From a virus: a stretch of DNA of 64,000 nt. Shown here piece by piece: positions 45,401-54,177 of this stretch (positions are counted from its first letter, which is position 1; each line of letters opens with the position of its first letter). A program made the translations under genes and the position numbers. The notes beneath the pieces were generated by a model that saw nothing but the letters and a program-made list of their open reading frames with translations, made no database searches and was not told where the DNA came from. The stretch lies in the IMG/VR virus record IMGVR_UViG_3300045988_150584. One strand, written 5' to 3'.

Positions 45401-47310
45401 TCAAGCTCAGTCTTTGCACCACGAATACGCATGGCAACGGTTTTCCACATTGTACCGACAGCATCGGGATCTTGTACAACATTATTCGCCGCAACAATCA
45501 GAGCGATTGACTCATCAATTGTATTGTTTGCCGCAGCCATAGCGGAAGCGGAGCGCTGCAAAGCATCGCCGACACCTCCAGAAGAAATAGCGAACTCATT
45601 GCCAATTTTGTTGAATTTATCAACGATGGTCATTGCATCGCTGGCTTCAATACCAAACGCTTTCATTGTGGAAATGATAGAGCTGGTAGCCTCGTTCACA
45701 TCGCTGATTTCGTTACCAACGACGCTATAAATTGTAGCAACTTCTGCAAGATCAGAAGCATCAGCCATCGAATAGCCAAGGCGAGCAAAATTAGCAGTTG
45801 CAGTTACATAGTCAGAATATGATGTACCAATATCAACTGCCTTTTGTGCCGCGTCAGAAAGGAAACGGTCATACGACTCATCAGTTTCGTCCGTAACCTT
45901 TTTCAGCTCAGTCATCGCTGTGTCCAAATCGACAACAGCATCATAAAGACCAGTAACACCCCGCATGATACCAGCGATAACACCGCCAAGTACCATCCAA
46001 GATCCCATTTTCGCAATATTGTTTTTCAGCTCTCCGAATAGAGACTGACTATGTTTATCTGCGCTAATAAGTTCCTGCTCGAAAAGTCGAATTTTCGCAT
46101 TTAGGTTTGTCAGTTCTTTTGAAGAACTAACCATCTGAGACTCATCAAAAAGCTGCTGCCATTTTGACATCAAGCTTGGATCAGAAACAAATGCACTATA
46201 TGTCTGCTTTAGATTCTGAATTCTAAGCTGCGCTGTTTGAATGTTGGAATTGAGCTTTTCTGCATCCAACAACTTCCCAGAGGCAGTATTATCAAGCTTT
46301 ATCTGCTTAAACTGCTGTTCGAGTAGCGCAAGCTTATGACGATATGCGTCAAGATCGTTCGGATTCAACGCATTATCTAATGCGGTCTTTGCCTCTTCTA
46401 CGCTTGCCTTAAAATCACCACCGAAAATACCAGCGTTTTGCCACTTCTTGATTTGTGTTTCAAGACTTGCCTGCAACTCAGCTTTTTGATTTGCAAAAGT
46501 ATTTGCTTTCAAATCCGTTGCAGCATACGCAGAAGTTTGAAGTTCCTTTGCATAGCGCTGAAGATCAGCAACCATAGAGTCAATTTCTCTCTTATGTTCA
46601 GAAGAGAGAGTGGTGTTTGATTGCTTGATCTCTTCAATACGAGCCTTTACAGCATTCAGTTTTTCTTTGTACTGATTAAACTGCTCCATATCGCCAAGCA
46701 ACGGCTTTGATGTGTTTGTCAATGTCTTGCTTGTAATATCGGCAATTTTCGTATTGATTCTGTTTAGATAGTTAAGCGTCTGCTCCAAATTAGAGCCGGC
46801 GTTTTTATCTGTCAAAATAGAGTTGCTTTGGACGAATCCTTTTATGGATTGAGCGCCATCTTTGATTTTTGCAAGATTAAAATTAAACTTCTCTACAACA
46901 CCATCAGCCTTAGTAACACTGGCTGTAAAGCTTTGGATGTTTCCCTTAGAATCCTTAAAGACATTCGTAATATCCGTCTTGCCAAGCTTACTGAATTCAG
47001 CCTGCGCCCGACTGACGATATCCTTAACCGATGTAAAGTAACGCTGCCCATCAGCCTTTAATTGCGTTGCATCAAAAACCTGCAATGGCTTATATGTGCC
47101 AGTATGGTTTGCACCACCGACCTGCTTGGCGATTGTTTGTAGCTGACTCTGCACCGTTTTAACGGAGTCTTCATCAAAACCAACCTTCAGCTTTACAGTG
47201 TGCGATTCACTCAGAGACTTAGCAATGCTTGCAAGCTTAGAATCAAGTGAAGACTGGCTGTTCTCGTCAATCACGGCTTTTAATAGAATTTGCAGATCAT
47301 CCACGCACAA
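39487..47310 (-). CDS. Tail tape measure protein (TP901-family core), about 2600 aa
   Basis: Contains the TMP core region ...DIGTSYSDYVTATANFARLGY...MKAFGI...GDALQRSASAMAAANNTIDE... and long coiled-coil stretches. The start is TTG 47310 or GTG 47304. Confidence 0.9.
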   Translation of the reverse strand: MCVDDLQILLKAVIDENSQSSLDSKLASIAKSLSESHTVKLKVGFDEDSVKTVQSQLQTIAKQVGGANHTGTYKPLQVFDATQLKADGQRYFTSVKDIVSRAQAEFSKLGKTDITNVFKDSKGNIQSFTASVTKADGVVEKFNFNLAKIKDGAQSIKGFVQSNSILTDKNAGSNLEQTLNYLNRINTKIADITSKTLTNTSKPLLGDMEQFNQYKEKLNAVKARIEEIKQSNTTLSSEHKREIDSMVADLQRYAKELQTSAYAATDLKANTFANQKAELQASLETQIKKWQNAGIFGGDFKASVEEAKTALDNALNPNDLDAYRHKLALLEQQFKQIKLDNTASGKLLDAEKLNSNIQTAQLRIQNLKQTYSAFVSDPSLMSKWQQLFDESQMVSSSKELTNLNAKIRLFEQELISADKHSQSLFGELKNNIAKMGSWMVLGGVIAGIMRGVTGLYDAVVDLDTAMTELKKVTDETDESYDRFLSDAAQKAVDIGTSYSDYVTATANFARLGYSMADASDLAEVATIYSVVGNEISDVNEATSSIISTMKAFGIEASDAMTIVDKFNKIGNEFAISSGGVGDALQRSASAMAAANNTIDESIALIVAANNVVQDPDAVGTMWKTVAMRIRGAKTELEEAGLETEYMAESTAKLQKQIKGLTNVDGSGGFDIMADADNFKSTYEIILGISKVWEKMSDIDQAALLELLAGKRQGNALAAAIENMDDAVSAMNASVNAEGSALAEHEKWMDSIEAKQQKFQAQYQALAKTILNSDLIKGAYDAGTGLLGWLTKLIETLGAFPAILAGITPFFDKLQLLKTTTSKNWLGTGTGISFAWNSGKLELENDIRLLDEYKTKIQGLGTSTSDLTQRQIVWNDTIGRGSSSLKTAVHVTDDATISTDAYRSSMTNASASTTEMGVASKDAAVGVQVLKTALNMLISLGIGLAISAIVSGISKLINKAKEARQAAVEAGTTASEDAKKLYDLASSYIELSNAVEAGTGSQEDLIAIQDELIAYLKDQGVAVDNLSGSYADLRDSIIDAARTQLQTDISKGVRAANVVKEDAVKELDGYFNSHSFYSATGKEAGDAMAYLKELGFTGIDDSGSKGGGTIFLPSVYSSDGGLKDVTFEDLAANYKYLQDAMNAVRDKFGSENPVFEVLADAYNEYDAALSDAIDQIDKNNQMIAEDAFLAAQKLAKPEDLDQFEKMRKDLIQQVQNDLSFDENGTYSAEELVDKTLGTNDYYAGLLEELNQRESQAKQVNEKMQAIAEALVPKNYEQYESGTSAHFHELDAWLAEADEVKEKLRGLSDEEFEVAYDAVINQGATTWDDITVAIEKYNSEQEVARRHSEQLKTTIKSLWNSENFADAKEELMTLSITLDGITAENVKELAEESGILAGVLDEDGMNAQFLAHILQVMAEGGDGVALITEQALKLNDALDGMVDKFDSVTEAKARYDAAMSVEEKDTDFKSYAEAFEELNKQFEAGTTNSNAFWAAAEFLFGSDQLSTWGWSDGLDEIYSAMEKNKIVFEDADSAGAGFVERLYQMSQAGQLVNDQGEKLLDISKDSDGAYVFDIDPDNLDAIAEKMGITTDAVLACLEALSMWGDIDFYDMNEVADVIDEIGLSAENAGKKAINVSALTDQLITLGKTDKEIYDILTGLQDLDGVVLLDAEGSIDGLTNSLTNLGLAASDGITVNVDAEALAPLLSELNFTKEQAENLITKLGEADGISLTNSQGEIKDTTDALEYLNGLDFATVTSNVDGVAQAVEDVDDETTDNVVDQFNNIETAASDAETAVKRVQTAVQHLDGQTATVTIDTKRKSGILGSIFGYASGTGAAPAGDALVGEEGAELIQSGDKAYLAGVNGAEVVNLKQGDRVYTADETKRIVHGSGKQLKGVIPAYAKGRVQTGGLHVETGKTGSSGTPITFNATVEATIDDKTLEEQLKDKLDDLEDQLSDIIGNFEHSIFLLEKNDGTPEQIIAIYRKMQETVHAQAEKYRALGLDDTSDYIQDLQKKWWDYQDTIEDMLHDIYQTAVDNHNNMLSLLENQYDMLDNNQTKDAMLDNLYKQLEEQKKIQEEAHKEERRLRDLGLDENDEAIQDCIDAWWGAYNDIQDINSKIADNVLDTFDDFIDYADDFDLWGDFNFTKVDYLKQKLKEINRLFEEGVLTLKEYNSLMRETGVEIYNEQKDALTKIIEMTMELVRQEAEDQVDALEAQIDAFRKIIDLKKESLSATKDEEDYQRTVAEKVAEIAEKQAKLAQLDRDTSASANAEKQKLAQELAQLQQELADYQADYAYNSQVDALDKEADTFEDTKNDEISYVKSTVDTEEKVYNAAIARINSNWEQLYTDLIEWNKQYGDMIDGEDSITSAWRTAKAAAQEYGDVVSALNGINSEISYAGKNADDKQTQIDRILSKMQTNSKGWHTAKTQEEKNRLVKENEDLAEQLSALLGRKVVKVNGVWYLDSANGPRLFHTGLDEGYVGGRAAGADEVLSVLKDGELVMTKDQYMRIFNSLKYGITGVLDSLIGNLTSTSPAVSEVVKSITNDNSNTDNSSTDDRVTIQNYFQMQNVTEENMKGFAEYYADFTIGKLISANRRKGIRNKVANSMLRG

Positions 47311-47369
47311 TCACCTCACTTATAAGTTGTTTAGCTAATTTCTTATATAAAGAAAAGAAAGACACCAGA

Positions 47370-47855
47370 TTATCGAACCGTGATGCCTTTCTTCATAAGT
47401 CCTCGTTTCAATGCCTGCGTACATTTACCAGAAGCTTGTAATCTCTCAACCGTTGTTTCTGTAAATGGGCGGGCTTTCGGTCTGCTCCAATAGTCATAGC
47501 CAGGATCGCCAGATCCACCACGACCATGCTCAATCAAATACGGGAGATCCTTGTTTACCGTAGCTCTGTCTCCGTTTCGACCGTTCAAATATGGGTTTGG
47601 ATCGGTAATATTGATAACCGATAAAATGCCGTTTTGCGCAGTATTGCCTTTAATCACAATGTTATATGGATCTCCGATACCACCAAAATCATATCTGCGT
47701 TGGTAATACCCAGATGTATCCATGCTATAAACGATGTCTTTAATTGCTTCGACTTCTTCATCACGAATAACAGGGAATACATCGTTGGTTAAAGACTCAT
47801 CGACAGCTTTTTTCAAATATGCCATCAGATCAGCCGTATTTTTGAACTGCGGCAT
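47370..47855 (-). CDS. Hypothetical tail/head-tail joining protein
   Basis: ATG at 47855 after GGAGGAATGAT. Confidence 0.55.
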   Translation of the reverse strand: MPQFKNTADLMAYLKKAVDESLTNDVFPVIRDEEVEAIKDIVYSMDTSGYYQRRYDFGGIGDPYNIVIKGNTAQNGILSVINITDPNPYLNGRNGDRATVNKDLPYLIEHGRGGSGDPGYDYWSRPKARPFTETTVERLQASGKCTQALKRGLMKKGITVR

Positions 47856-47914
47856 ATCATTCCTCCAGAATAAGAAAAGCGCCGGCATATGCCGGCGCAA
47901 TACTCATGAATCAA

Positions 47915-48484
47915 TTATTTGTCATTTTCTTTTGAATCGCTTATCTTGTTTTGCTTCTCTTCACACATCGTAGTTACGCTGTCAGCATCAAGCATTAAGA
48001 ACATCATAAAGCTAAATAGCCCAACTACAACAAAGAGTAAAATAAGTGCAGCGCAAGTCACAATAGTCATAGTTGTTGTATAGTTCTCCAACAGTAGCAC
48101 AACTGAAAATCCAACATAACATACAACTGTTGCATAGACTGCAATTCTTTGAAGACGCTTAAATCTGCTACGAATCTGACTGGCTTCTGGCAAATGTTTT
48201 AACCACCGTCTAACAAAATACAACGCAGCAATCAACACAACAAAACTTACAACTGCCAATATCGGTGTGGCTATAAAACAGGCAGACGCAGCGACAACGG
48301 GAAGCACTATCAAAACCAAAACAAACCAATTGATATTACTATCAACAAGCCTTGCAGTAAGAAGCATCGCAGGCAATGCCACAAACGCCGAAAACGGGAG
48401 GCATAGCAACCCAACAATAACAACAAGAGCTGCTCCGTCACTGGTTGATGCACTCAGCATAAACGGTCTTGGTCTTCTTCTCAT
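47915..48484 (-). CDS. Polytopic membrane protein inserted in the tail-morphogenesis block
   Basis: ATG at 48484 is 7 nt after AGGAGG. About five hydrophobic helices. Confidence 0.55.
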   Translation of the reverse strand: MRRRPRPFMLSASTSDGAALVVIVGLLCLPFSAFVALPAMLLTARLVDSNINWFVLVLIVLPVVAASACFIATPILAVVSFVVLIAALYFVRRWLKHLPEASQIRSRFKRLQRIAVYATVVCYVGFSVVLLLENYTTTMTIVTCAALILLFVVVGLFSFMMFLMLDADSVTTMCEEKQNKISDSKENDK

Positions 48485-48572
48485 AGGCACACCTCCTAAT
48501 CAACACAACTATGCTTGTATTATAGGAAAATCGCCCGCTGAAGTCAACCAATACACATAGCTTTAATTGCTA

Positions 48573-49187
48573 TTAGTTGTTTTCTTTCGCATTCTCCACG
48601 AAAGCTTTCGCAAGCTCTTCAGTAGAGATCTGCGTGTCAGAAAGCTTGCTCATACTCGAAATGAAACCAGCCATTTGCTCGCCGCTGATATTGCCAAACA
48701 CACTATCCATCTGTTCTGCGAAACGAGAAATCTCACCAACCAATGTGTTGACACGCTGTTCCTGCACAGACAACATTTTCTGAGTCTCAAAATTAACCCT
48801 ATCACGAACACCAGCTAAAAGCATCTGATATTGCGCATTGTCAATGCAACCGATAATATCACCAATAATACCGTTTGCGCCCAACACCAATTCATACGCC
48901 TTACTCTCATCGCTCGGCATCGTAAAATTCGCATAGTAAACGAGAATGTTCTTTCCAATGATATAGCTCTGTGCGAGCGGCACAATCATACCATCATTCG
49001 GCATAACAGCTTCTTTTACAACATCCTCAATAAAACGCATAGACTCTTCCAATGTAAGGCGGAATTTTACCTCATATGTAATAGTCTCATCGCCAATAGA
49101 AAATGTACGCTGCATAATATCAGGAGTTGTCTCCTTACAAAAACGCTCAAGCGCGTTAATTGAAACACGATTAGTCTTCTTTGCCAT
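48573..49187 (-). CDS. Putative tail assembly chaperone
   Basis: Assigned only from its position between the tail tube and tape measure genes and its acidic composition. Confidence 0.35.
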   Translation of the reverse strand: MAKKTNRVSINALERFCKETTPDIMQRTFSIGDETITYEVKFRLTLEESMRFIEDVVKEAVMPNDGMIVPLAQSYIIGKNILVYYANFTMPSDESKAYELVLGANGIIGDIIGCIDNAQYQMLLAGVRDRVNFETQKMLSVQEQRVNTLVGEISRFAEQMDSVFGNISGEQMAGFISSMSKLSDTQISTEELAKAFVENAKENN

Positions 49188-49207
49188 TTATAGCACCCTC
49201 TCTAAGA

Positions 49208-49768
49208 TTATTTTTCATGTTTCTCAATTTTGATTTGGTCATCCTGATTTAACCGAATATCGTAGTTGTTAATTACAAAATGCCCAATCATAATTGCATC
49301 GGCCAGATTATCATTGTCCGTGTCAATTCCGTACATTTCTTTCGCTGCTTGAATGGAAAGAATTTTTGATTCTTTCTTTCCAGACGCTTCCAAGGCTTTA
49401 ATTTTATCTTTGATTTCCTTACTGCTCCGTCCTCTTGCTTTACAGTAGTTTTGCCACTGAGTTGGAGCAATGAAATCGTACAAGTATTCATTCTTCTCAA
49501 AGAGATTTATGAGGACTCCTTGAAGTTGCGCAAGCTTTTTGAAAGACTGTACATTTACACGAAGCTGAATGTCTTCGATAAATACAGCCGAAATGTTATA
49601 GGTCTTGATAATCGTATCGACCAAACTCTCAATAGCAAGAATCGCTCTTGCGTATGTATAATCCTTATTTCCAAAAGAAAAAGTCCCGTATGTTTCGAGC
49701 TTTTTCGTTTCATAGTCAAAAACAGCCCAAGCACCGTTTCTGGCCTGGTCTATGGATAAAATTTTCAT
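49208..49768 (-). CDS. RuvC-like Holliday junction resolvase
   Basis: MKILSIDQARNGAWAVFD ... AVFIEDIQ fits the RuvC/RNase H-fold D...E pattern. Confidence 0.55.
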   Translation of the reverse strand: MKILSIDQARNGAWAVFDYETKKLETYGTFSFGNKDYTYARAILAIESLVDTIIKTYNISAVFIEDIQLRVNVQSFKKLAQLQGVLINLFEKNEYLYDFIAPTQWQNYCKARGRSSKEIKDKIKALEASGKKESKILSIQAAKEMYGIDTDNDNLADAIMIGHFVINNYDIRLNQDDQIKIEKHEK

Positions 49769-49804
49769 ATCATCACCCTTCGCAAAACAAAAGAAAGGGA
49801 GAGG

Positions 49805-50062
49805 TTATTCCTCTCCACTTTCAATATCCTGCGTGGGATCATCTACCTCATGTTTTGGTGATCGTACTGCGGAGAGACGCACACGCCCATTCTTGATTTC
49901 ATAATAAATTTCCTCGCCAATACACTTGGAAATATCACAGTATTTCGGAATGCAGATTTGCACTTCTCGCGTTGTTTCTCCATCTTCAACGAGTGCTACA
50001 ACCACATCCAGATCACCAGCACAAGGCAATACGTCGCATACAAAAATCTTGTTCTTACTCAT
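49805..50062 (-). CDS. Hypothetical protein
   Basis: RBS AAGGTGA. 85 aa. Confidence 0.55.
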   Translation of the reverse strand: MSKNKIFVCDVLPCAGDLDVVVALVEDGETTREVQICIPKYCDISKCIGEEIYYEIKNGRVRLSAVRSPKHEVDDPTQDIESGEE

Positions 50063-50090
50063 ATTTTCACCTTGCCTGTTGATAGAAGAA

Positions 50091-50113
50091 CGGGAGGGCG
50101 ATTTGCCCTCCCG
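50091..50113 (-). terminator. Hairpin cgggagggc-N5-gccctcccg after the major tail gene
   Basis: 9-bp GC stem. On the - strand it is followed by TTCTTCTATC. Confidence 0.55.
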
Positions 50114-50127
50114 AAGTGATTAACACC

Positions 50128-50922
50128 TTAATACTTCACCATCTGAATCATCGCGCCAGTATCGGTGTCACGCATGACCTCGCACTCGAATGTAGTGGTA
50201 GAAGGATCGCCCTCAGCAGCAAAACCAAGCTCCAAATTAGAAGTGAACTTCAGATTCGGAATAGTAACCTGGAAAGCCTCATCCTTACCAGTCTTCTGAT
50301 TACGAAGTACGGTATCACCAACCAGCTTGTATGTACCGCTGAAGTGTTCAGCGTCAATTACATAGGTCTCAGCAGTAGCTTCACTATCGTAGTCATAGTA
50401 AACCACAACACGCTGATTCTTAGCCGCTTCAATGGTAAGAGTCTTGTTCTCCGTATCAAGAGTTGCACCGGTCATATCGAATAGAGCATCCTCTTCGCAA
50501 TCGGAGTCGAACGGATAAACCAAGATCTTGCTCACATCGGTATTCGGAGCAAACGCCAGAGCAATCTTACCGGTAGCATCAGCCTTCAAAGGATACATCT
50601 TACCCTTATTCTCGCCGTTTTCGTACTCGGTTGTCTGTCTCATGCGAATGGTCTGGACACCGACCTTACGAGCGATACCGGACACAAGCTCCATAGACTT
50701 CGGAGAAATCAAAGCGTCCTCGATAGTCAAGGTTGCTTCCTTATTGATCTCCCATGTAATCAGCTTCGGATTGCCCTTACCGCCTCGTGCGTAAACCTTT
50801 TCTGAGGTTACGCTAATGCTGGAAGTCTTTAGACTATCAAACTGAATAACCGGCTTATCTGTCTCCATGTCATAAAGAACAACGTCCATGACTTCCTTCG
50901 CGCCAAATTTTGCGTTAGACAT
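50128..50922 (-). CDS. Putative major tail (tube) protein
   Basis: Strong AAGGAGG RBS and flanked by terminators, which suggests high expression. It lies upstream of the chaperone and tape measure genes. Confidence 0.5.
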   Translation of the reverse strand: MSNAKFGAKEVMDVVLYDMETDKPVIQFDSLKTSSISVTSEKVYARGGKGNPKLITWEINKEATLTIEDALISPKSMELVSGIARKVGVQTIRMRQTTEYENGENKGKMYPLKADATGKIALAFAPNTDVSKILVYPFDSDCEEDALFDMTGATLDTENKTLTIEAAKNQRVVVYYDYDSEATAETYVIDAEHFSGTYKLVGDTVLRNQKTGKDEAFQVTIPNLKFTSNLELGFAAEGDPSTTTFECEVMRDTDTGAMIQMVKY

Positions 50923-50948
50923 GTATGTACCTCCTTAAAAAAAATAAA

Positions 50949-50970
50949 CAGCCTGGAATAATCCAGACTG
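50949..50970 (-). terminator. Rho-independent terminator upstream of the major tail gene
   Basis: The - strand reads cagtctgga-ttat-tccaggctg followed by TTTATTTTTTTT. Confidence 0.65.
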
Positions 50971-50975
50971 CCGTA

Positions 50976-51707
50976 TTACTCAGGATCGTGTTTAATTTTT
51001 GTGATCCAGTGAGTCAAATTAACATTTTCTTTCTTAGCACCATGTAGTAGTGCCTGAACATTGACTTCATAATCGTCCATAATTTTTAGACGATTGAATT
51101 GATCGTTAAACTGGTAGATGTCATATTTCATTACATCCGCCATCGTCAAGCCAAATCCACTCGCTAAAATACTGACCAAATCAGCAAGCGTAATCGCAGA
51201 CTCTTCATCGACCTCTTTCAAGCGCTTTCGCTTTAACCGTTCTTCTTTTCTACGCTGTAATACGCGGCGAGCAGCTTCGTTATCTGGGTTTTCTTCCTCT
51301 TCTTCAATGTCTTGCAAGCCATTACGAAGTCTGATAACGGCTTGTACCTCATCAAAGTTTTCTTGTGTGATGTTGAATGCGCCACAAGTAAAGCATAGAT
51401 TACGGGAAGAAAACTTCATTCTGCTATGCGTGATAATAGAAAGCCAAAACAAAATCGTGTTCATAAGCCCTTGATCTCGCATTGCGTTTGCAACCAGATA
51501 TTTGAAAACGCCAATATCAGAAATATCGTTTCCGGTCATTGCGCTGATATCACTTTCGCTCAAACAGAGCAAACGAACCTCGGCGTTAAATCTCATATAT
51601 CCAATCTTGGCAATTTCGCTGATTGGAATAGGGTAGATAGGTACTCCGCCAACAAAAATCGGATCATCCGAACAGAGCTGCAAATTCAAGTCTCTTTTAT
51701 CCACCAT
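50976..51707 (-). CDS. Hypothetical head-tail module protein
   Basis: 243-aa ORF with RBS GGGAGTGA. Confidence 0.6.
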   Translation of the reverse strand: MVDKRDLNLQLCSDDPIFVGGVPIYPIPISEIAKIGYMRFNAEVRLLCLSESDISAMTGNDISDIGVFKYLVANAMRDQGLMNTILFWLSIITHSRMKFSSRNLCFTCGAFNITQENFDEVQAVIRLRNGLQDIEEEEENPDNEAARRVLQRRKEERLKRKRLKEVDEESAITLADLVSILASGFGLTMADVMKYDIYQFNDQFNRLKIMDDYEVNVQALLHGAKKENVNLTHWITKIKHDPE

Positions 51708-51710
51708 GTA

Positions 51711-52175
51711 TCACTCCCGATTGAAGTCAACAGTGCGATAAGTAAGAGAACGCCCATGAAAATCATCGGCAGGTGTAAAACGATCCCACCCCATAAGCTC
51801 AACTCTGCCAAGACCGAATTCTCGACTGCCATTCATAAGCTTGTCTACTTCGCAAGACAGAAGATCCGTCACAAGCCCTTTCGGTGTGCGCATTGCTCTT
51901 TCGTGAGAAATAATCCAGAAGTAAATACGGAAATCAGAAAAAGCATGGTCGATAATACGCGGAGCAGCAACATCAAAACACAGATATGAGCCTACCTCTG
52001 TGGTCTTATCCACAATATAGTCATATGGAAAAATGTATTTATAAGCCATGTCGGAAGCCTTCATATTTGGCTGATCCTCAGGCCGAATCAAATCAATGAT
52101 TGCGTCACACTTACAAATCCTCTCCATAACGACATCTCTATATCTCGGTATCTCAGATAAATACATCAATACCAC
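51711..52175 (-). CDS. Hypothetical head-tail module protein
   Basis: The likely start is the ATG at 52166, which overlaps the upstream TGA. Confidence 0.55.
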   Translation of the reverse strand: MVLMYLSEIPRYRDVVMERICKCDAIIDLIRPEDQPNMKASDMAYKYIFPYDYIVDKTTEVGSYLCFDVAAPRIIDHAFSDFRIYFWIISHERAMRTPKGLVTDLLSCEVDKLMNGSREFGLGRVELMGWDRFTPADDFHGRSLTYRTVDFNRE

Positions 52176-53203
52176 CGTCCTATCGTTAGAATAATCGACG
52201 CACTAACACCATACTCATCATTGCTCGCTTCAAGAGTAATTTCCTGACCAATATAATCTCGATTATTTAGCGCACGAACAATAATGTATCCGTCTCCAAC
52301 TTCTTTAATCTCACCGTATTCATTACCGTCTGTCAGACTGGCATTGACCTCGAAAGAATCAATGGGAACACCATCCTTGAAACAGTGCAGATCGATACGA
52401 ATATCTTCACCAAATGTAACCTTGTTACCGGACGAATCCGTGGTTAATGTGATAGAATATCCTTCCTCTGGATCTTCTGGCTTAGAATAAATCGACTTGC
52501 CATAATAATCGGCAATCATTAGTTCTTTGTTGTCAGTCTCTTTGTCGTACTGACTTTCAATAATCGTCCACTGCAGCAGTCCATCATCAGCACCGCACGA
52601 ATAACCTCCGGAGTCCACCTGCGCAAGACGATATGCGGTCGGCTCTTCTCGGTTTTTATCAATCAAGAACCGAAAACCACTATCGAGCATAATTGTCTCA
52701 GAATTATATGGAATATAAACAAGATGCTGCGAAGTACCAATAGTCATATGTGTTTTAGTAGTTTCACCAGAACCATACTGCGTACTATTGATATCGTAGA
52801 CAGGATACTCAACCGCTTTGCCTGTAACGGGCGAAATAAAGTAGATAGAGTATTTGCACTGCCACGCAATCGCCTTTTCATACATCTTGTTATTATCGGG
52901 GAGAGAATAGACCATCCAATACTGACCACGAGCCTTAATATACTGACCTGCTCGAAGCGTCCCAATACGACAAATAAATTGACGCATAACACTATTGTTA
53001 TAGGTATCGCTCGTTACGCCCTGAATAATGGCTCGCGTCTTCACAGGCTCAACATTGAGGCTCTTTTCAAAAATCTCAATATCATCAGCAAGCTCGGACT
53101 CTAAAATTTCCTCAAACCCATCTGAGGCGTAATTCGCAAACTCATCGCCCTCAAAACCACTGTTATAAGTAGGCTGCTTCATCAAATACCACTCAATAGG
53201 CAT
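52166..53203 (-). CDS. Hypothetical structural protein
   Basis: ATG at 53203 is 9 nt after AAGGGGG. Confidence 0.6.
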   Translation of the reverse strand: MPIEWYLMKQPTYNSGFEGDEFANYASDGFEEILESELADDIEIFEKSLNVEPVKTRAIIQGVTSDTYNNSVMRQFICRIGTLRAGQYIKARGQYWMVYSLPDNNKMYEKAIAWQCKYSIYFISPVTGKAVEYPVYDINSTQYGSGETTKTHMTIGTSQHLVYIPYNSETIMLDSGFRFLIDKNREEPTAYRLAQVDSGGYSCGADDGLLQWTIIESQYDKETDNKELMIADYYGKSIYSKPEDPEEGYSITLTTDSSGNKVTFGEDIRIDLHCFKDGVPIDSFEVNASLTDGNEYGEIKEVGDGYIIVRALNNRDYIGQEITLEASNDEYGVSASIILTIGRWY

Positions 53204-53217
53204 ATGCAAGCACCCCC

Positions 53218-53613
53218 TTAATCAAAACAGTGTTGTTTCAACTTGTGCAATCGTTCTTTTACGCGCCCGATCTCGAATTCAAGTTCTTGCTTCGTTACTC
53301 TTTTCGTCCCGTCAGCACCAGTGATCTGAACATCCTTTGTATAAATTCCATTCAGCGCCATTACACGACTAAGCTCTCTTTGTAAATAGCTGACATACAT
53401 CATGAGAGCAAGAACACGCACTGTTTGCCGATCCAACACAGAAGAAAAGCAATGATTTTCTTCGTCGTATTCAAGATCACAGCTCAAATCGAGTTCATAA
53501 TCTGCGACCGCAGATTTTAACCATTCCTGCTCTAACGCTGTCGGAATAATATACTTAGTTAAAGGCATGGAATGAAAGCCGGTCTCAATCTCTTCAAAAG
53601 TAGTTTTCTCCAT
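53218..53613 (-). CDS. Hypothetical head-tail connector-like protein
   Basis: Assigned from position only. Confidence 0.5.
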   Translation of the reverse strand: MEKTTFEEIETGFHSMPLTKYIIPTALEQEWLKSAVADYELDLSCDLEYDEENHCFSSVLDRQTVRVLALMMYVSYLQRELSRVMALNGIYTKDVQITGADGTKRVTKQELEFEIGRVKERLHKLKQHCFD

Positions 53614-53629
53614 ACCCGAACCTCCTTAA

Positions 53630-54103
53630 TTAAAGAGTGACTGACTCAGCAAGCTTATTGATTGCGTCCATCTTCCAGGCAGCGACATCATCTCCGCCGT
53701 TTTCCTTTGCAATCTGCGCAATCATTTTCTTTTCAGCATCATTAGTAACAAGAGCCTCAAGACGAGCGTTGAACTCATCCTTCTTTCTAATTGCAAGCAG
53801 CTCTCGCACAGAATCAGCATTCAAAACAAGAACATCGTCTGTGGTATCGGCATAGCCAAACAACGCCTTGCGTTGTGCATCATTTTGAATGAACAGACGG
53901 GCATGATCGCCAGGACGAGATGGATCGTTGCCAACAAACATTCTGTTCCCAGACTGAATCTGCATCTGCACCTCTGCAACATCCAGCATGGCAAATCCAG
54001 TTACCTTTGCTGGAATCCGAATATCTCCCACTCCATTTAGGCGGCGGAAGTATAGAGGCCAGCTACACAAATTATCAATTAAAACCTTATCGGTTAGTTC
54101 CAT
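53630..54103 (-). CDS. Hypothetical head module protein
   Basis: AAGGAG RBS. Confidence 0.6.
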   Translation of the reverse strand: MELTDKVLIDNLCSWPLYFRRLNGVGDIRIPAKVTGFAMLDVAEVQMQIQSGNRMFVGNDPSRPGDHARLFIQNDAQRKALFGYADTTDDVLVLNADSVRELLAIRKKDEFNARLEALVTNDAEKKMIAQIAKENGGDDVAAWKMDAINKLAESVTL

Positions 54104-54128
54104 TTACTTTCGCTCCTTGTTATGAAAT

Positions 54129-54153
54129 AGGAGGGAGGAATATCCTCCCTCCT
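54129..54153 (-). terminator. 11-bp-stem hairpin after the major capsid gene
   Basis: aggagggagga-ata-tcctccctcct. Confidence 0.5.
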
Positions 54154-54177
54154 CTATATTATCTAACTAATTCCTAA

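Noticed and set aside
47370-49187. Programmed -1 frameshift of tail assembly chaperones upstream of the tape measure gene
   Set aside because: There is no pair of overlapping ORFs with a slippery heptamer here. The interval is occupied by three separate ORFs, each with its own RBS.
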